From: a virus
Taxonomy: Duplodnaviria > Heunggongvirae > Uroviricota > Caudoviricetes
Direction: 5' to 3' (one strand)
Virus record (IMG/VR): IMGVR_UViG_3300020429_000539
Coordinates: 364,263 to 428,262 of that record
DNA length: 64,000 nucleotides
The notes below the pieces were generated by a model, which was not told the origin of the DNA, searched no databases, and saw only the letters and a list, made by a program, of their open reading frames with translations. The position numbers and the translations under genes are program-made. Positions 47,477-56,627 of this stretch are shown piece after piece. Each line of letters starts with the position of its first letter. Within the stretch, counting starts at the first letter, position 1.

Positions 47477-48236
47477 AGATAATCATAAGTTAGAGAACGC
47501 TCGAAAAACTCTAGAGTATCTGTATAAGAAGATACCAGATACTAAAGGTTGTATGGAGCATATCAGTAAACCTGTTGATAAAGGTGGTTGCGGTGCATGG
47601 TGTTGTGAATTACAGAATCCGCAGGTTCTATACTCAGAGTTTTTGCTAACATGGGATCATATTACACATAACTGGTCCGATGAGAAGGTCGGCGAACTTA
47701 TTCGTCGTTCTCTTGAAAACTACATGCAAGATAGCCATGTCAAGGGCTGTGTTTTCTGGGACAAAAAGACAAAGCTTTGTGGACAGCATGAAACACGACC
47801 ATTCAACTGTCGTGTCTATGGCATAACTCCTGAAGAAGAGTGGAAGCCACGGTATGAGAGATTGAAGGTTATCTATCCTGATACTAGGCCTCAATGCGGA
47901 CTTGTTTCAACAGCAGATGGTTCTGAGTTTACCAAGAAGAAATCTGATGCTATTTGGAAAGAAGTCAAGCAGGTTGAACAAATGATCGGTATCAGTTCCG
48001 AGCTAATAACCGATGATTTTGGCGGCAGTTACAGGACTTATCATGACCACATATTGTTGCATATATTTGGCGAATCTGGCATGGAGTTCTTGACTGATAT
48101 CAAGGTTAATAGCAGCAACGAAGAAAAAGCAGAGCATATAGACCACCTAATGAAAGCATACTGGAGTTATCAAAAGGATTTGAGAGAGCATGGAAGACCA
48201 GGTCAACAGTCAGAGAGTGAAGATTCAGAGAGCTAA
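47460..48236 (+). CDS. YkgJ-family (CxxCxxCC-type) cysteine cluster protein
   Basis: CGAWCC, CVFWD, CGQHETRPFNCRVYG. Confidence 0.8.
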   Translation: MYGSTKDNHKLENARKTLEYLYKKIPDTKGCMEHISKPVDKGGCGAWCCELQNPQVLYSEFLLTWDHITHNWSDEKVGELIRRSLENYMQDSHVKGCVFWDKKTKLCGQHETRPFNCRVYGITPEEEWKPRYERLKVIYPDTRPQCGLVSTADGSEFTKKKSDAIWKEVKQVEQMIGISSELITDDFGGSYRTYHDHILLHIFGESGMEFLTDIKVNSSNEEKAEHIDHLMKAYWSYQKDLREHGRPGQQSESEDSES

Positions 48237-48534
48237 ATACGATGAGGAGAAAGACCTCATCATTTGGCATTTCTTGTTTCTCGATTCAGGCACCGAGCAG
48301 TCTTTTTGCTGGCCGAGTGTTGACCTATTGAAGGCGGTCGGTATTACGGCGATTGATCAGGTAGAACCTGAACATTTGCACGAGTTTTGTGAAAATATGC
48401 TGGGTAAAGAGATTAACTTTCTTGCTGAAGGAGTGCCGTACTATGAGCCTCCCAAGGGAACGCAGGAACAATACCACGATATTACCGACAAAATGGCCGA
48501 GCATTTCGATACTTTCAAGGATAGCGTAGAATGA
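48190..48534 (+). CDS. Hypothetical protein
   Basis: 114-aa ORF, operon packing. Confidence 0.55.
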   Translation: MEDQVNSQRVKIQRAKYDEEKDLIIWHFLFLDSGTEQSFCWPSVDLLKAVGITAIDQVEPEHLHEFCENMLGKEINFLAEGVPYYEPPKGTQEQYHDITDKMAEHFDTFKDSVE

Positions 48535-48920
48535 AGGGCAGCGAGCTAAAAATACGCATATTCGGCTCAAATACATGCAAATCCTGCGGTCATTTGATGA
48601 AGGCCTTCGATATGCATGGGTTCTCTTATGAATTCATAGATGCAGATGACGAAGTGAATGACAAGCTTTGCGAGCAACAAGAAGTCGATGAGCTACCTCA
48701 TACACAAATCCTATCTGAAGAAGGCAAAGTTCTGTATAAGCACGTTGGCTACATAGCTCCTTATATGCTGCTCGCCATTGTTGCTGATTCAGAGGAAGAG
48801 CAAAACAACGACCTGCATCTAAAAGGAGTAGGAATTCCCAATGGGCATATTGTCAAACCAAAAAGACAACCAGGAAAAGGATGCTCAGGCTGCGGTAAAG
48901 CCGAAGGCCGTTCTGAATGA
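48531..48920 (+). CDS. Glutaredoxin/thioredoxin-like protein
   Basis: IFGSNTCKSC, VDELP, HVGY. Confidence 0.75.
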   Translation: MKGSELKIRIFGSNTCKSCGHLMKAFDMHGFSYEFIDADDEVNDKLCEQQEVDELPHTQILSEEGKVLYKHVGYIAPYMLLAIVADSEEEQNNDLHLKGVGIPNGHIVKPKRQPGKGCSGCGKAEGRSE

Positions 48921-50799
48921 GCAACAAGAAATAGCAGCGAATCATGAGTATGGTTCTGCTTTTATTTCTGCCTGTCCAGGTTCAGGGAAAACCCGTGTTG
49001 TCGTCGAGAGAACAGCACGGCTGATAGATAAAGGCCATTCCCCTCGCAACATTCTCTGTATCACGTTTACCAATAAGGCCGCAGCCGAGATGAAAGAGCG
49101 GCTCCGCGCTCGCCTTGGCGACGCCGTGAGCGATTTATATGTCAGCACGTTCCACTCGTTATCTGCAAACATACTGAGACGCTTTGGTCGTAGTATTGGG
49201 TATGTAGATGGCATGACTATCATGGACTCATCCGACCAAGAGGATGTCATGTCGCAAACCGCTCGGCAGCTTGGCTTTGACTATAAGAGGGGCGAGATAT
49301 TCGGTCTATGCTGGATTGCAAATACTGCCCGCGAAAAGCTCCTTCCTATCGAACGGTTCGGCGAGGTCCATGATGACGAGAACAAGGTCCGAGTCGCACA
49401 AGAATACGTTGAGCGCATCAAAAAGAATAATCAGGTAGATTTTAGCGGACTGTTGTCGGAAACGATTCGTCTCCTTAAGAAAGATACGGAGGTTTTGCAG
49501 CGACTCCAAGACCGTTTCAAGTTTATTCAGGTTGACGAGGCCCAGGACACAAACCTTGCACAGTTTGAGATGGTCAACCTTCTCAGTGTCCACAAGAACG
49601 TAGTCATGGTCGGTGATATTGACCAGTCGATTTATGGGTGGAGAGGCGCTCGCTATGATAATATCAATGACTTTATCAAGCAAAACAAAGCAAAGGTTAT
49701 AGAGTTCCCTTGGAACTATCGCTCGACGCCTGAGATTGTTGAACGAGCAGAGCAGCTTATACGCTGGAATGACGGTCGTGATAAGGTTCAGTTCAGAACT
49801 GTCAATGCTTCGGGCGCTCCCATCGAATACCATGAACATGATAACTCAAGAGAAGAGGGCTCCTGGGTTGCAGATAAAGTGTATGAGATGATGGTTGAGC
49901 ATGGCTATGGTCCTGAAGACTGTGCCGTTCTTTATCGAGTCAATGCTCATTCGCAGCACATTGAGCTAGGTTTTCGCGCTCTAGGAATGCCGGTCAATAT
50001 GGTTGGTGGCCAGAGCTTTTTCGATAGAGCAGAAATCAAAGACTGTTTTGCTATGCTCAAGTTCTATGTTAATCCGCGAGATAGTATGGCTTTGAGTCGC
50101 TTCATTAATAAACCAGCGCGTTCAATAGGCAACGTAACCTTGGGTAAGATTGAGAACTATGCCCAAGAAAATAACGTAGACATGCTAGAGGCTTTGCGAT
50201 TAGCTCCTCAATATCTTACAAGCGTGCCCAAGAAAGAAGCGGTTCTAGTTAGTTTGAAGCTTATTCATGAGACCTTCAGTGCAGATTACTCAGGATACAA
50301 TATTGGTCAGATGCTTTATGAGTTTGTAACTAAGCTCAACTATCTAGATTTCTTGCGAGAGAAATACGCAGATGATTTCTTGGAGCGAGAAAACTACATC
50401 AACGAACTATCTAAGGATGCTGCTGTCGCTGGCGATGCATCTCGTAAGAATACGGAAAGCTATTTAGCTAGACAAGCTCTAACTTCGAGTAGCGATAAGG
50501 AAACCCAGCAAGGGCGAGTCACTTTGATGACGATGCATGCTGCAAAGGGTTTGGAGTTTCCTGTGGTTATCATTCCGTCTATGGAAGATGATATTCTGCC
50601 TCATTTCCGTTCTAAGGCAGAAAAATCGGTTGATGAGGAACGACGGCTTTGTTATGTTGCTATGACACGAGCGAAGGAGAGGTTGATTCTTAGTAGGTGT
50701 CGCAATAGGCAGGTCCGTAATGGCAAAAACTTCATGAACAAGAGAACAAAGCCGAGTCAGTTCCTTATAGAGATGGGTGTTCTGGAGGAACAGATATGA
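48841..50799 (+). CDS. uvrD: UvrD/PcrA superfamily 1 helicase
   Basis: LNEQQ, ACPGSGKT, ITFTNKAA, DEAQDTN, VGDIDQSIYGWRGA, NYRS, TMHAAKGLEF, EERRLCYVAMTRAKE. Confidence 0.95.
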   Translation: MGILSNQKDNQEKDAQAAVKPKAVLNEQQEIAANHEYGSAFISACPGSGKTRVVVERTARLIDKGHSPRNILCITFTNKAAAEMKERLRARLGDAVSDLYVSTFHSLSANILRRFGRSIGYVDGMTIMDSSDQEDVMSQTARQLGFDYKRGEIFGLCWIANTAREKLLPIERFGEVHDDENKVRVAQEYVERIKKNNQVDFSGLLSETIRLLKKDTEVLQRLQDRFKFIQVDEAQDTNLAQFEMVNLLSVHKNVVMVGDIDQSIYGWRGARYDNINDFIKQNKAKVIEFPWNYRSTPEIVERAEQLIRWNDGRDKVQFRTVNASGAPIEYHEHDNSREEGSWVADKVYEMMVEHGYGPEDCAVLYRVNAHSQHIELGFRALGMPVNMVGGQSFFDRAEIKDCFAMLKFYVNPRDSMALSRFINKPARSIGNVTLGKIENYAQENNVDMLEALRLAPQYLTSVPKKEAVLVSLKLIHETFSADYSGYNIGQMLYEFVTKLNYLDFLREKYADDFLERENYINELSKDAAVAGDASRKNTESYLARQALTSSSDKETQQGRVTLMTMHAAKGLEFPVVIIPSMEDDILPHFRSKAEKSVDEERRLCYVAMTRAKERLILSRCRNRQVRNGKNFMNKRTKPSQFLIEMGVLEEQI

Positions 50800-51080
50800 G
50801 CGATTTATCGGCTACAGAGTTACAGGATTTCATTATCGAAACAGCAAATAAATATGCTGCGATTATCATAGTTTACCTCAAAAGGACCGAGCAGAAGCTA
50901 TCTACGAATATGGCGAGAGCAGCCATGGAGCTTGTTGCTGCTTATGAATCACGAGCTTCGAATGAGGACGTATGGAAAGCTTATCACGAACTCATTCAGA
51001 CTGCGAAATCTGAAGGAATCGATTTGGATAAGATAGCCTTGGCAATGATGCACAACTATATAGGGTTACAAAATGGATAA
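50796..51080 (+). CDS. Hypothetical protein
   Basis: GGAGG SD, ATGA coupling. Confidence 0.5.
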   Translation: MSDLSATELQDFIIETANKYAAIIIVYLKRTEQKLSTNMARAAMELVAAYESRASNEDVWKAYHELIQTAKSEGIDLDKIALAMMHNYIGLQNG

Positions 51081-51378
51081 CGTGTTTTACGATGAATCTC
51101 TACATGAAGATTGCATAGAAGTTATGCGTCTCATGATTAAGCTGCATGTTGAGTTCTGTACTCGTAACCCAAATCCTGATATATCGGGTCACATGCTTCG
51201 CGAGGCCGAGCGAATTAGTGACGCGGTTCAGAGTGATGAGTTAGATATTTACGAAGTCATAGAGTTATATGCTACGATAGTTCAAGACTTGGAAGAGCTT
51301 GGCAATGTATCGAGTTTCCTAAAACTTCCGCTGATATTTATGGTTAGAGAGACCAATGACAAGCCTAAAGAAGAATGA
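51073..51378 (+). CDS. Hypothetical protein
   Basis: Overlaps both neighbours. Confidence 0.5.
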   Translation: MDNVFYDESLHEDCIEVMRLMIKLHVEFCTRNPNPDISGHMLREAERISDAVQSDELDIYEVIELYATIVQDLEELGNVSSFLKLPLIFMVRETNDKPKEE

Positions 51379-52354
51379 TATAGAGCTTTTCCTTGGTTCT
51401 TCCGTTGAGGTTCTGAGGAAAGAATTTGCCAGCGAGAGCGTTCATTCCATCATAACCAGTCCGCCTTATTACGGGCAAAGAGATTACCATAGCGATGACC
51501 AAATAGGCAACGAAAGCACGCTAGAGGGTTATCTTGATAACTTGTGCGATGTTTTTGATGAGTGTCATCGCGTTCTGCGAGACGACGGAACGCTCTGGGT
51601 TAATCTTGGCGACAAAGGGGAGAAGGGCAATGAACTCAATGTCCCCTTTTTGTTTGCGGAAGAGATGAAGAAGCGAGGATGGTATCAGCGAAGGTGGTTC
51701 CCTTGGCTCAAGCGGAATGGAATACCGCGTGGCGGCAATAATCGTCCGCATGACAATCTCGAAGTCATCTTTATGTTTGCGAAGAGGCCCAGAAACTATT
51801 ATTACGATCAGTTGTCTGCTAAAGAAGCAGCAGGATTGACAACTCGTAACTTCCGCAATGGAGATACTGTTCTTCTTGATCCCGACCCTGATTTCTGGGT
51901 CTTTGATGTATTGACTCGCAAGAACGCCTCAGAACACTTCGCTACGTTCCCTCCACAGTTGGCGGAGATAATGATGCGAGCATCTACAAGCGACTACGGT
52001 GTTACGAAGACAGGAGAACAGATTGGTCGTCTTTTTGAGAAGAAAAGATATGCTACTCGGCCTGGCACGAATGCAAAAAAGGATGAGTCAGGTATGGCTT
52101 TTCGTGATTCAGGACGACACATCACAGAAGTCAAACATCTTGGATGGGACACGATAGAAGGCGAAGAGGTAGGAAAACCAATCGTGTTAGACCCGTTCAG
52201 TGGTATGGCAACGGTAGGCGTAGTCTGCATCAATCATGGCAGAGCATATCGTGGGATAGAAGTCAATGCAGACTACTTAGAAGAAAGCCGGCGGAGACTT
52301 GAAGAGGAACTTAAAAATGCCACCAAGCACGAGCCGGATTTGTTTGCCAGTTGA
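51356..52354 (+). CDS. DNA methyltransferase, beta class (SPPY, likely N4-cytosine)
   Basis: ITSPPYYGQRDY, LWVNLGD, HFATFP, DPFSGMATV. Confidence 0.92.
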   Translation: MTSLKKNDIELFLGSSVEVLRKEFASESVHSIITSPPYYGQRDYHSDDQIGNESTLEGYLDNLCDVFDECHRVLRDDGTLWVNLGDKGEKGNELNVPFLFAEEMKKRGWYQRRWFPWLKRNGIPRGGNNRPHDNLEVIFMFAKRPRNYYYDQLSAKEAAGLTTRNFRNGDTVLLDPDPDFWVFDVLTRKNASEHFATFPPQLAEIMMRASTSDYGVTKTGEQIGRLFEKKRYATRPGTNAKKDESGMAFRDSGRHITEVKHLGWDTIEGEEVGKPIVLDPFSGMATVGVVCINHGRAYRGIEVNADYLEESRRRLEEELKNATKHEPDLFAS

Positions 52355-53093
52355 TGAACTGCTTGATAAACACAAGGGGCAGATGGCCTTTATTCTTGGC
52401 GCGGGCCCCTCACTTCGTATGCATGATATGTCTGCGCTAGATGATTACGTTACATTTACTGTTAATAGTTCGATCGTCAAAAAGCCAGATTGCGATTACT
52501 TTGTCACGGATGATTCTGCGTCTGCAAACTGGTCTTGGTTTCGCAATACAGCCGTAGAGAGTAAATGCACGAAGTTTTTGCATCGAGCGAAGCTCGCTGA
52601 GAGAACCTATTTCTTTCGCGAAGATGAAGTTATTCTTTATGACCATGTATCGCAGCATAGTCCTGATTTCGATCCTAAATCTGAAGAAGGCTACGAACTA
52701 ACTAAAGATGGCTATGTCGTTGCATCTAGAACTTCTGTTGGCAGCGCTCTGCATATTGCGTGGCTGATGGGATGCGACCCGATTGTTCTATTAGGTTGCG
52801 ATGCTTGTTACACAGACAATAAGAGATACTTCTGGCAGTTCGATGGTGAGCCTCGCCCTTGCAGGACCGACTCTCGTGTGGTAAGGTATCAGCCCAATCG
52901 ACCTAGCGTGGACAATCAGAAAGTGGATTTGCATTGTTTGGAGTTTTGTAAATACTGGGACCGAATAGCTGCTGCTAACCCAGAGACGCAGAAACGAGTT
53001 CTATACGTCTCAGACCATGGTATCGTCAAATCTTTTCCCAAGACGACGATGCAGCAGGTTTTGAGAGATTTTGGCGATAGGACTATAACATGA
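52317..53093 (+). CDS. Maf/DUF115-like putative nonulosonate transferase, paralog 1
   Basis: FILGAGPSL, TVNSS, YFVTDD, LMGCDPIVLLGCD, KRYFW. Confidence 0.75.
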   Translation: MPPSTSRICLPVDELLDKHKGQMAFILGAGPSLRMHDMSALDDYVTFTVNSSIVKKPDCDYFVTDDSASANWSWFRNTAVESKCTKFLHRAKLAERTYFFREDEVILYDHVSQHSPDFDPKSEEGYELTKDGYVVASRTSVGSALHIAWLMGCDPIVLLGCDACYTDNKRYFWQFDGEPRPCRTDSRVVRYQPNRPSVDNQKVDLHCLEFCKYWDRIAAANPETQKRVLYVSDHGIVKSFPKTTMQQVLRDFGDRTIT

Positions 53094-53800
53094 CAACAAC
53101 ACTGCCTTCATATACTAACTTTATAGATTCTCACTGTGGAGAGACTGCTTTCATTGTTGGCGCGGGCACGAGTCTCAAGGATGTTGACCTTAGTTTCATC
53201 CATGATCATGTAGTCTTTTCCGTCAACTCATCTATTTTGTTGATGCCATGGCAAAGAGGCGACAGCCGCAAGAGATACTGGGTTTCGAACGATTCAGGCG
53301 TGATGGCTTGGGATTATTGGAAGCTTGTTCTGAACTCCAAGTCGAACAAGGTAGTTCGTGATAGCTGGTCATCTTTATATGACAAATTTGATACAACAGA
53401 TTTTTATGAGTTTAAGCCAAGGCCAACTTCGGAAGATGTAGTTCGGCCAAACGATACTGGTTTGGCTTACTGCTCAAGTGTCCCGTCTTCTCTTGATTTG
53501 GCGATACAGGCTGGATGTAGCAGGGTCTATCTTCTTGGTGTTGACCAGTATGCACAGAACGGCAAGAGCCACTATTGGCAGTATTGGCCGCGAGAACGTC
53601 AGCCTAAGCGCGGGCTATCTTCCCAGCCAAACAGTATGGACAATCAGCGATACGCCTTTGGTTACAACAATAAAGCGTATCCTGCATTGCTTGATTTTGC
53701 AATGTACAAGAACTGTCTCGTATATAACTGCAACCCGCTTAGCCGTGTAGACTGTTTTGAGAAGATCAGTATTGAAGATGTAAGAGATGAGTTTTCATGA
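53090..53800 (+). CDS. Maf/DUF115-like putative nonulosonate transferase, paralog 2
   Basis: FIVGAGTSL, SVNSS, YWVSND, VYLLGVD, HYW, VYNCN. Confidence 0.75.
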   Translation: MTTTLPSYTNFIDSHCGETAFIVGAGTSLKDVDLSFIHDHVVFSVNSSILLMPWQRGDSRKRYWVSNDSGVMAWDYWKLVLNSKSNKVVRDSWSSLYDKFDTTDFYEFKPRPTSEDVVRPNDTGLAYCSSVPSSLDLAIQAGCSRVYLLGVDQYAQNGKSHYWQYWPRERQPKRGLSSQPNSMDNQRYAFGYNNKAYPALLDFAMYKNCLVYNCNPLSRVDCFEKISIEDVRDEFS

Positions 53801-54504
53801 TGAAAATGGAAGACTATCACAATAAACATATAGGCAAGATAGCTTGCATATTGGGGGCAGGCCCATCGCTTAGGCATTTCGATATCGAGATGTTTGATGA
53901 CCGTTTTGTGATGTTCTGTGTAAACTCATCTATTGCAAAGTTGCCAGAGACAGATTATTATGTTAGCGACGATAACGGAATAATGTTCTGGAACTATTAT
54001 CGAGAATATATCGTGCCCTCAAAATGCATGAAGTTTTTGTATGGCAAGAAGCTTGAACGGTTTGCAAAACATATTCCCGAAGACAAGAAAGTCTATTACG
54101 ACCATATGAGTTGGTGTTCCAAGAGCAAGAGCAATATCAATCTCACAGACAATCCTAATGCCCCTCTCATCGGAGCAAGAACTTCGTTAGCTACTTCGTT
54201 ACATATTGCTTACATCATGGGTATTCGTAAGTTTATACTATTTGGATGTGATTGCCAAAAAGAGGAAGATAAGCGTTATTTTTGGGAGTTTCCAGGAGAG
54301 GCTCACGTATACCCTATCATACCAGAAATCACTGAGGCTAAATATCTACAGGAAGCTCAAAGTCATTTTGATGACTTCAAGACTTATTGGAAAGCATTCG
54401 AAGAATGTAATAGAGACAAGGTAGAAATTATCAACTGCTCTGATGGTGTTCTTGATACGTTTCCAAGGATGTCAGTAGAAGAGGCTATAGATAAGCTGGG
54501 GTAA
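53797..54504 (+). CDS. Maf/DUF115-like putative nonulosonate transferase, paralog 3
   Basis: ILGAGPSL, CVNSS, YYVSDD, ILFGCD, KRYFW, IINCS. Confidence 0.75.
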   Translation: MMKMEDYHNKHIGKIACILGAGPSLRHFDIEMFDDRFVMFCVNSSIAKLPETDYYVSDDNGIMFWNYYREYIVPSKCMKFLYGKKLERFAKHIPEDKKVYYDHMSWCSKSKSNINLTDNPNAPLIGARTSLATSLHIAYIMGIRKFILFGCDCQKEEDKRYFWEFPGEAHVYPIIPEITEAKYLQEAQSHFDDFKTYWKAFEECNRDKVEIINCSDGVLDTFPRMSVEEAIDKLG

Positions 54505-54507
54505 GAT

Positions 54508-55269
54508 ATGTTGAACGGTAAGCGGGTTATTGGAATCATACCAGCCCGAGCAGGTTCGAAAGGAGTCAAAGGCAAGAATTTCCGCTCTATTTATGGCAGA
54601 CCGCTTATCGATTGGTCTATTAATGCGTCAGTATATAGCAGCATCATAGATACTACAGTAGTAAGCACAAACTGCCCCCATGTCGAATCTTGTTGCAAAA
54701 CAAATGTAGCATTTAGTAGATGGCATTATTGGGGGGATAGTCCAAATGGTAAAGCTAACTTGAAGTTCCATCTTTACTGTGTGCCTCGTCCTGAAGAGCT
54801 TTGCACTGATGAAGCCCCGACTGAGCCTGCGATGATTCATGCTATTGACTACATGAAAGAAGAGCATGGTGTTGAGTATGGATATGCAGTTTTGTTGCAA
54901 CCCACTTCTCCTGCTCGTCCTTCTGGTCTTATTGATAGATGTCTAAAAAAGATGGAAGAGGGTTTCGATAGCGTGATGACCGTTTCTTCTCATACTCCCT
55001 TTTTCTGGCGCGTGCGCGCCGGACAAGCGATTCCTGATTATGACCCGAACAATCGACCTCGTAGGCAGGACATACCCGATGAAGATATAATGTATCATGA
55101 TAATGGGAACCTTTATGCCGTTTCTGTCGATAACCTGAGAAGGAAGGGCCGAATTGGAGATAACCCTTGCCTTTACGAAACGACTCATTTCGAATCGTTG
55201 CAGATAGATATAGAGGATGATTTTGTCATGCTTGAATCTCTCGCTCAGCATTATGGAGGTTTCCTGTGA
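54508..55269 (+). CDS. neuA: Acylneuraminate/KDN cytidylyltransferase (CMP-nonulosonate synthetase)
   Basis: IIPARAGSKGVKGKN, LLQPTSP, RPRRQD, NGNLY, IDIEDDF. Confidence 0.92.
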   Translation: MLNGKRVIGIIPARAGSKGVKGKNFRSIYGRPLIDWSINASVYSSIIDTTVVSTNCPHVESCCKTNVAFSRWHYWGDSPNGKANLKFHLYCVPRPEELCTDEAPTEPAMIHAIDYMKEEHGVEYGYAVLLQPTSPARPSGLIDRCLKKMEEGFDSVMTVSSHTPFFWRVRAGQAIPDYDPNNRPRRQDIPDEDIMYHDNGNLYAVSVDNLRRKGRIGDNPCLYETTHFESLQIDIEDDFVMLESLAQHYGGFL

Positions 55270-56135
55270 AAAACTATACTAAGCCCAAAGTTATAGCTGA
55301 AATCGGCTGTTGTCATTTAGGTAAGTTCGATAGAGCTAAAGAGCTTATCAGTCTTGCTAAGCTTTGCGGCGCTGATTATGTTAAGCTTCAAAAGCGGAAT
55401 CCGGATGAATCCGTTCCAGAGAGCATCAAGCATAAGCCTCACCCTAATCAGATGTTTGCTTACGGCGACACGTATCTTGAGCATAGACAGAATCTTGAGC
55501 TTCCCATTGAAGACCATGTAAAACTCAAGGCTTATTGCGAGGAGATAGGCATTGGTTATTCGACATCAGTGTGGGACATGACATCCGCCCGCGAGGTTGT
55601 CGCTATGAATCCTGACTTCATTAAAGTTCCAAGCGCCTGCAATCAAGACTGGGAGATGATGAACTACTTGAGAGATTCTTATAGGGGCGATCTACATCTT
55701 TCTACTGGCATGACTACGGCAGAAGAGATGTCCGAGCTTTGTGCTTGGATAGCCCATAAAAATGTCAAGGAACGAGTTGTTCTTTACCATTGCACGAGCA
55801 AATACCCATGCCCATTTGAAGACCTGCATTTATTAGAGATAGAGTCTTTATCTGTTCGTTATCGTGGCAGTCCTATTCGTATTGGCTTTAGTAATCACGG
55901 TAAAGGTATTGCCGCAGATGTTGCCGCATATACGCTTGGAGCAGAATGGATTGAGAGGCACTTTATCGACGACCGTATGGTTCGACACACGGATGCCTCA
56001 GCAAGTCTTGAGCCACAGGGCTTGTCAAAGCTAGTGCGAGATTTGAACGCAGTTTATAGGGCTCTAGACCATCGACCGGCACAGATGGATGCCGATGAGC
56101 AGGCGCAAAGAGACAAACTAAAAGTTATCAAATAA
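55266..56135 (+). CDS. neuB: Nonulosonate (Neu5Ac/KDN-9-P) synthase, NeuB family, no C-terminal SAF domain
   Basis: IAEIGCCHLG, VKLQKR, SVWD, IKVPSA, LSTGM, YHCTSKYP, IERHF, DASASLEP. Confidence 0.92.
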   Translation: MKNYTKPKVIAEIGCCHLGKFDRAKELISLAKLCGADYVKLQKRNPDESVPESIKHKPHPNQMFAYGDTYLEHRQNLELPIEDHVKLKAYCEEIGIGYSTSVWDMTSAREVVAMNPDFIKVPSACNQDWEMMNYLRDSYRGDLHLSTGMTTAEEMSELCAWIAHKNVKERVVLYHCTSKYPCPFEDLHLLEIESLSVRYRGSPIRIGFSNHGKGIAADVAAYTLGAEWIERHFIDDRMVRHTDASASLEPQGLSKLVRDLNAVYRALDHRPAQMDADEQAQRDKLKVIK

Positions 56136-56147
56136 CAGAGGTAGCGA

Positions 56148-56627
56148 ATGAATATTAGGATGATAGTTACAGACGTAGATGGCACGTTGACTGATGGCCG
56201 TTATTTTGTAAGCGAGTCGGGTAACGTTATAAAAGCTTTTCATACCAGAGATTTTTGGGCGCTACGAAGGGCCAGGGAAGAAGGCATCGAAACATTTATG
56301 TTGACTTCGGCAACGGATAGATGTGCTGATGAGAAATCGCAAACAACAGGCATTCCTCTTGTTAGCGCATCTACAAGTAAGGCAGCCGACCTTAAGATGA
56401 TTGCTGAAGAAAAAGGCATACCACTTGAGCAGGTAGCTTATATAGGCGATGCAGAGAACGACATTGCGGCTATGGAACTCTGCGGTTTTACCGCATGTCC
56501 CGCTGATGCAGTCCAAGAGGTAAAACAGGTCTCCAATATTGTTACGGATGCAAAAGGAGGCAATGCTGTTGTATATGAAGTTGTGCGATACATCTTCGAT
56601 AAGCAGGAGCTTAGTTGGACAGAATGA
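56148..56627 (+). CDS. KdsC/KDN-9-phosphate phosphatase (HAD C0 family)
   Basis: TDVDGTLTDG, KAFHTRD, AYIGDAEND, CPADA, GGNAV. Confidence 0.88.
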   Translation: MNIRMIVTDVDGTLTDGRYFVSESGNVIKAFHTRDFWALRRAREEGIETFMLTSATDRCADEKSQTTGIPLVSASTSKAADLKMIAEEKGIPLEQVAYIGDAENDIAAMELCGFTACPADAVQEVKQVSNIVTDAKGGNAVVYEVVRYIFDKQELSWTE

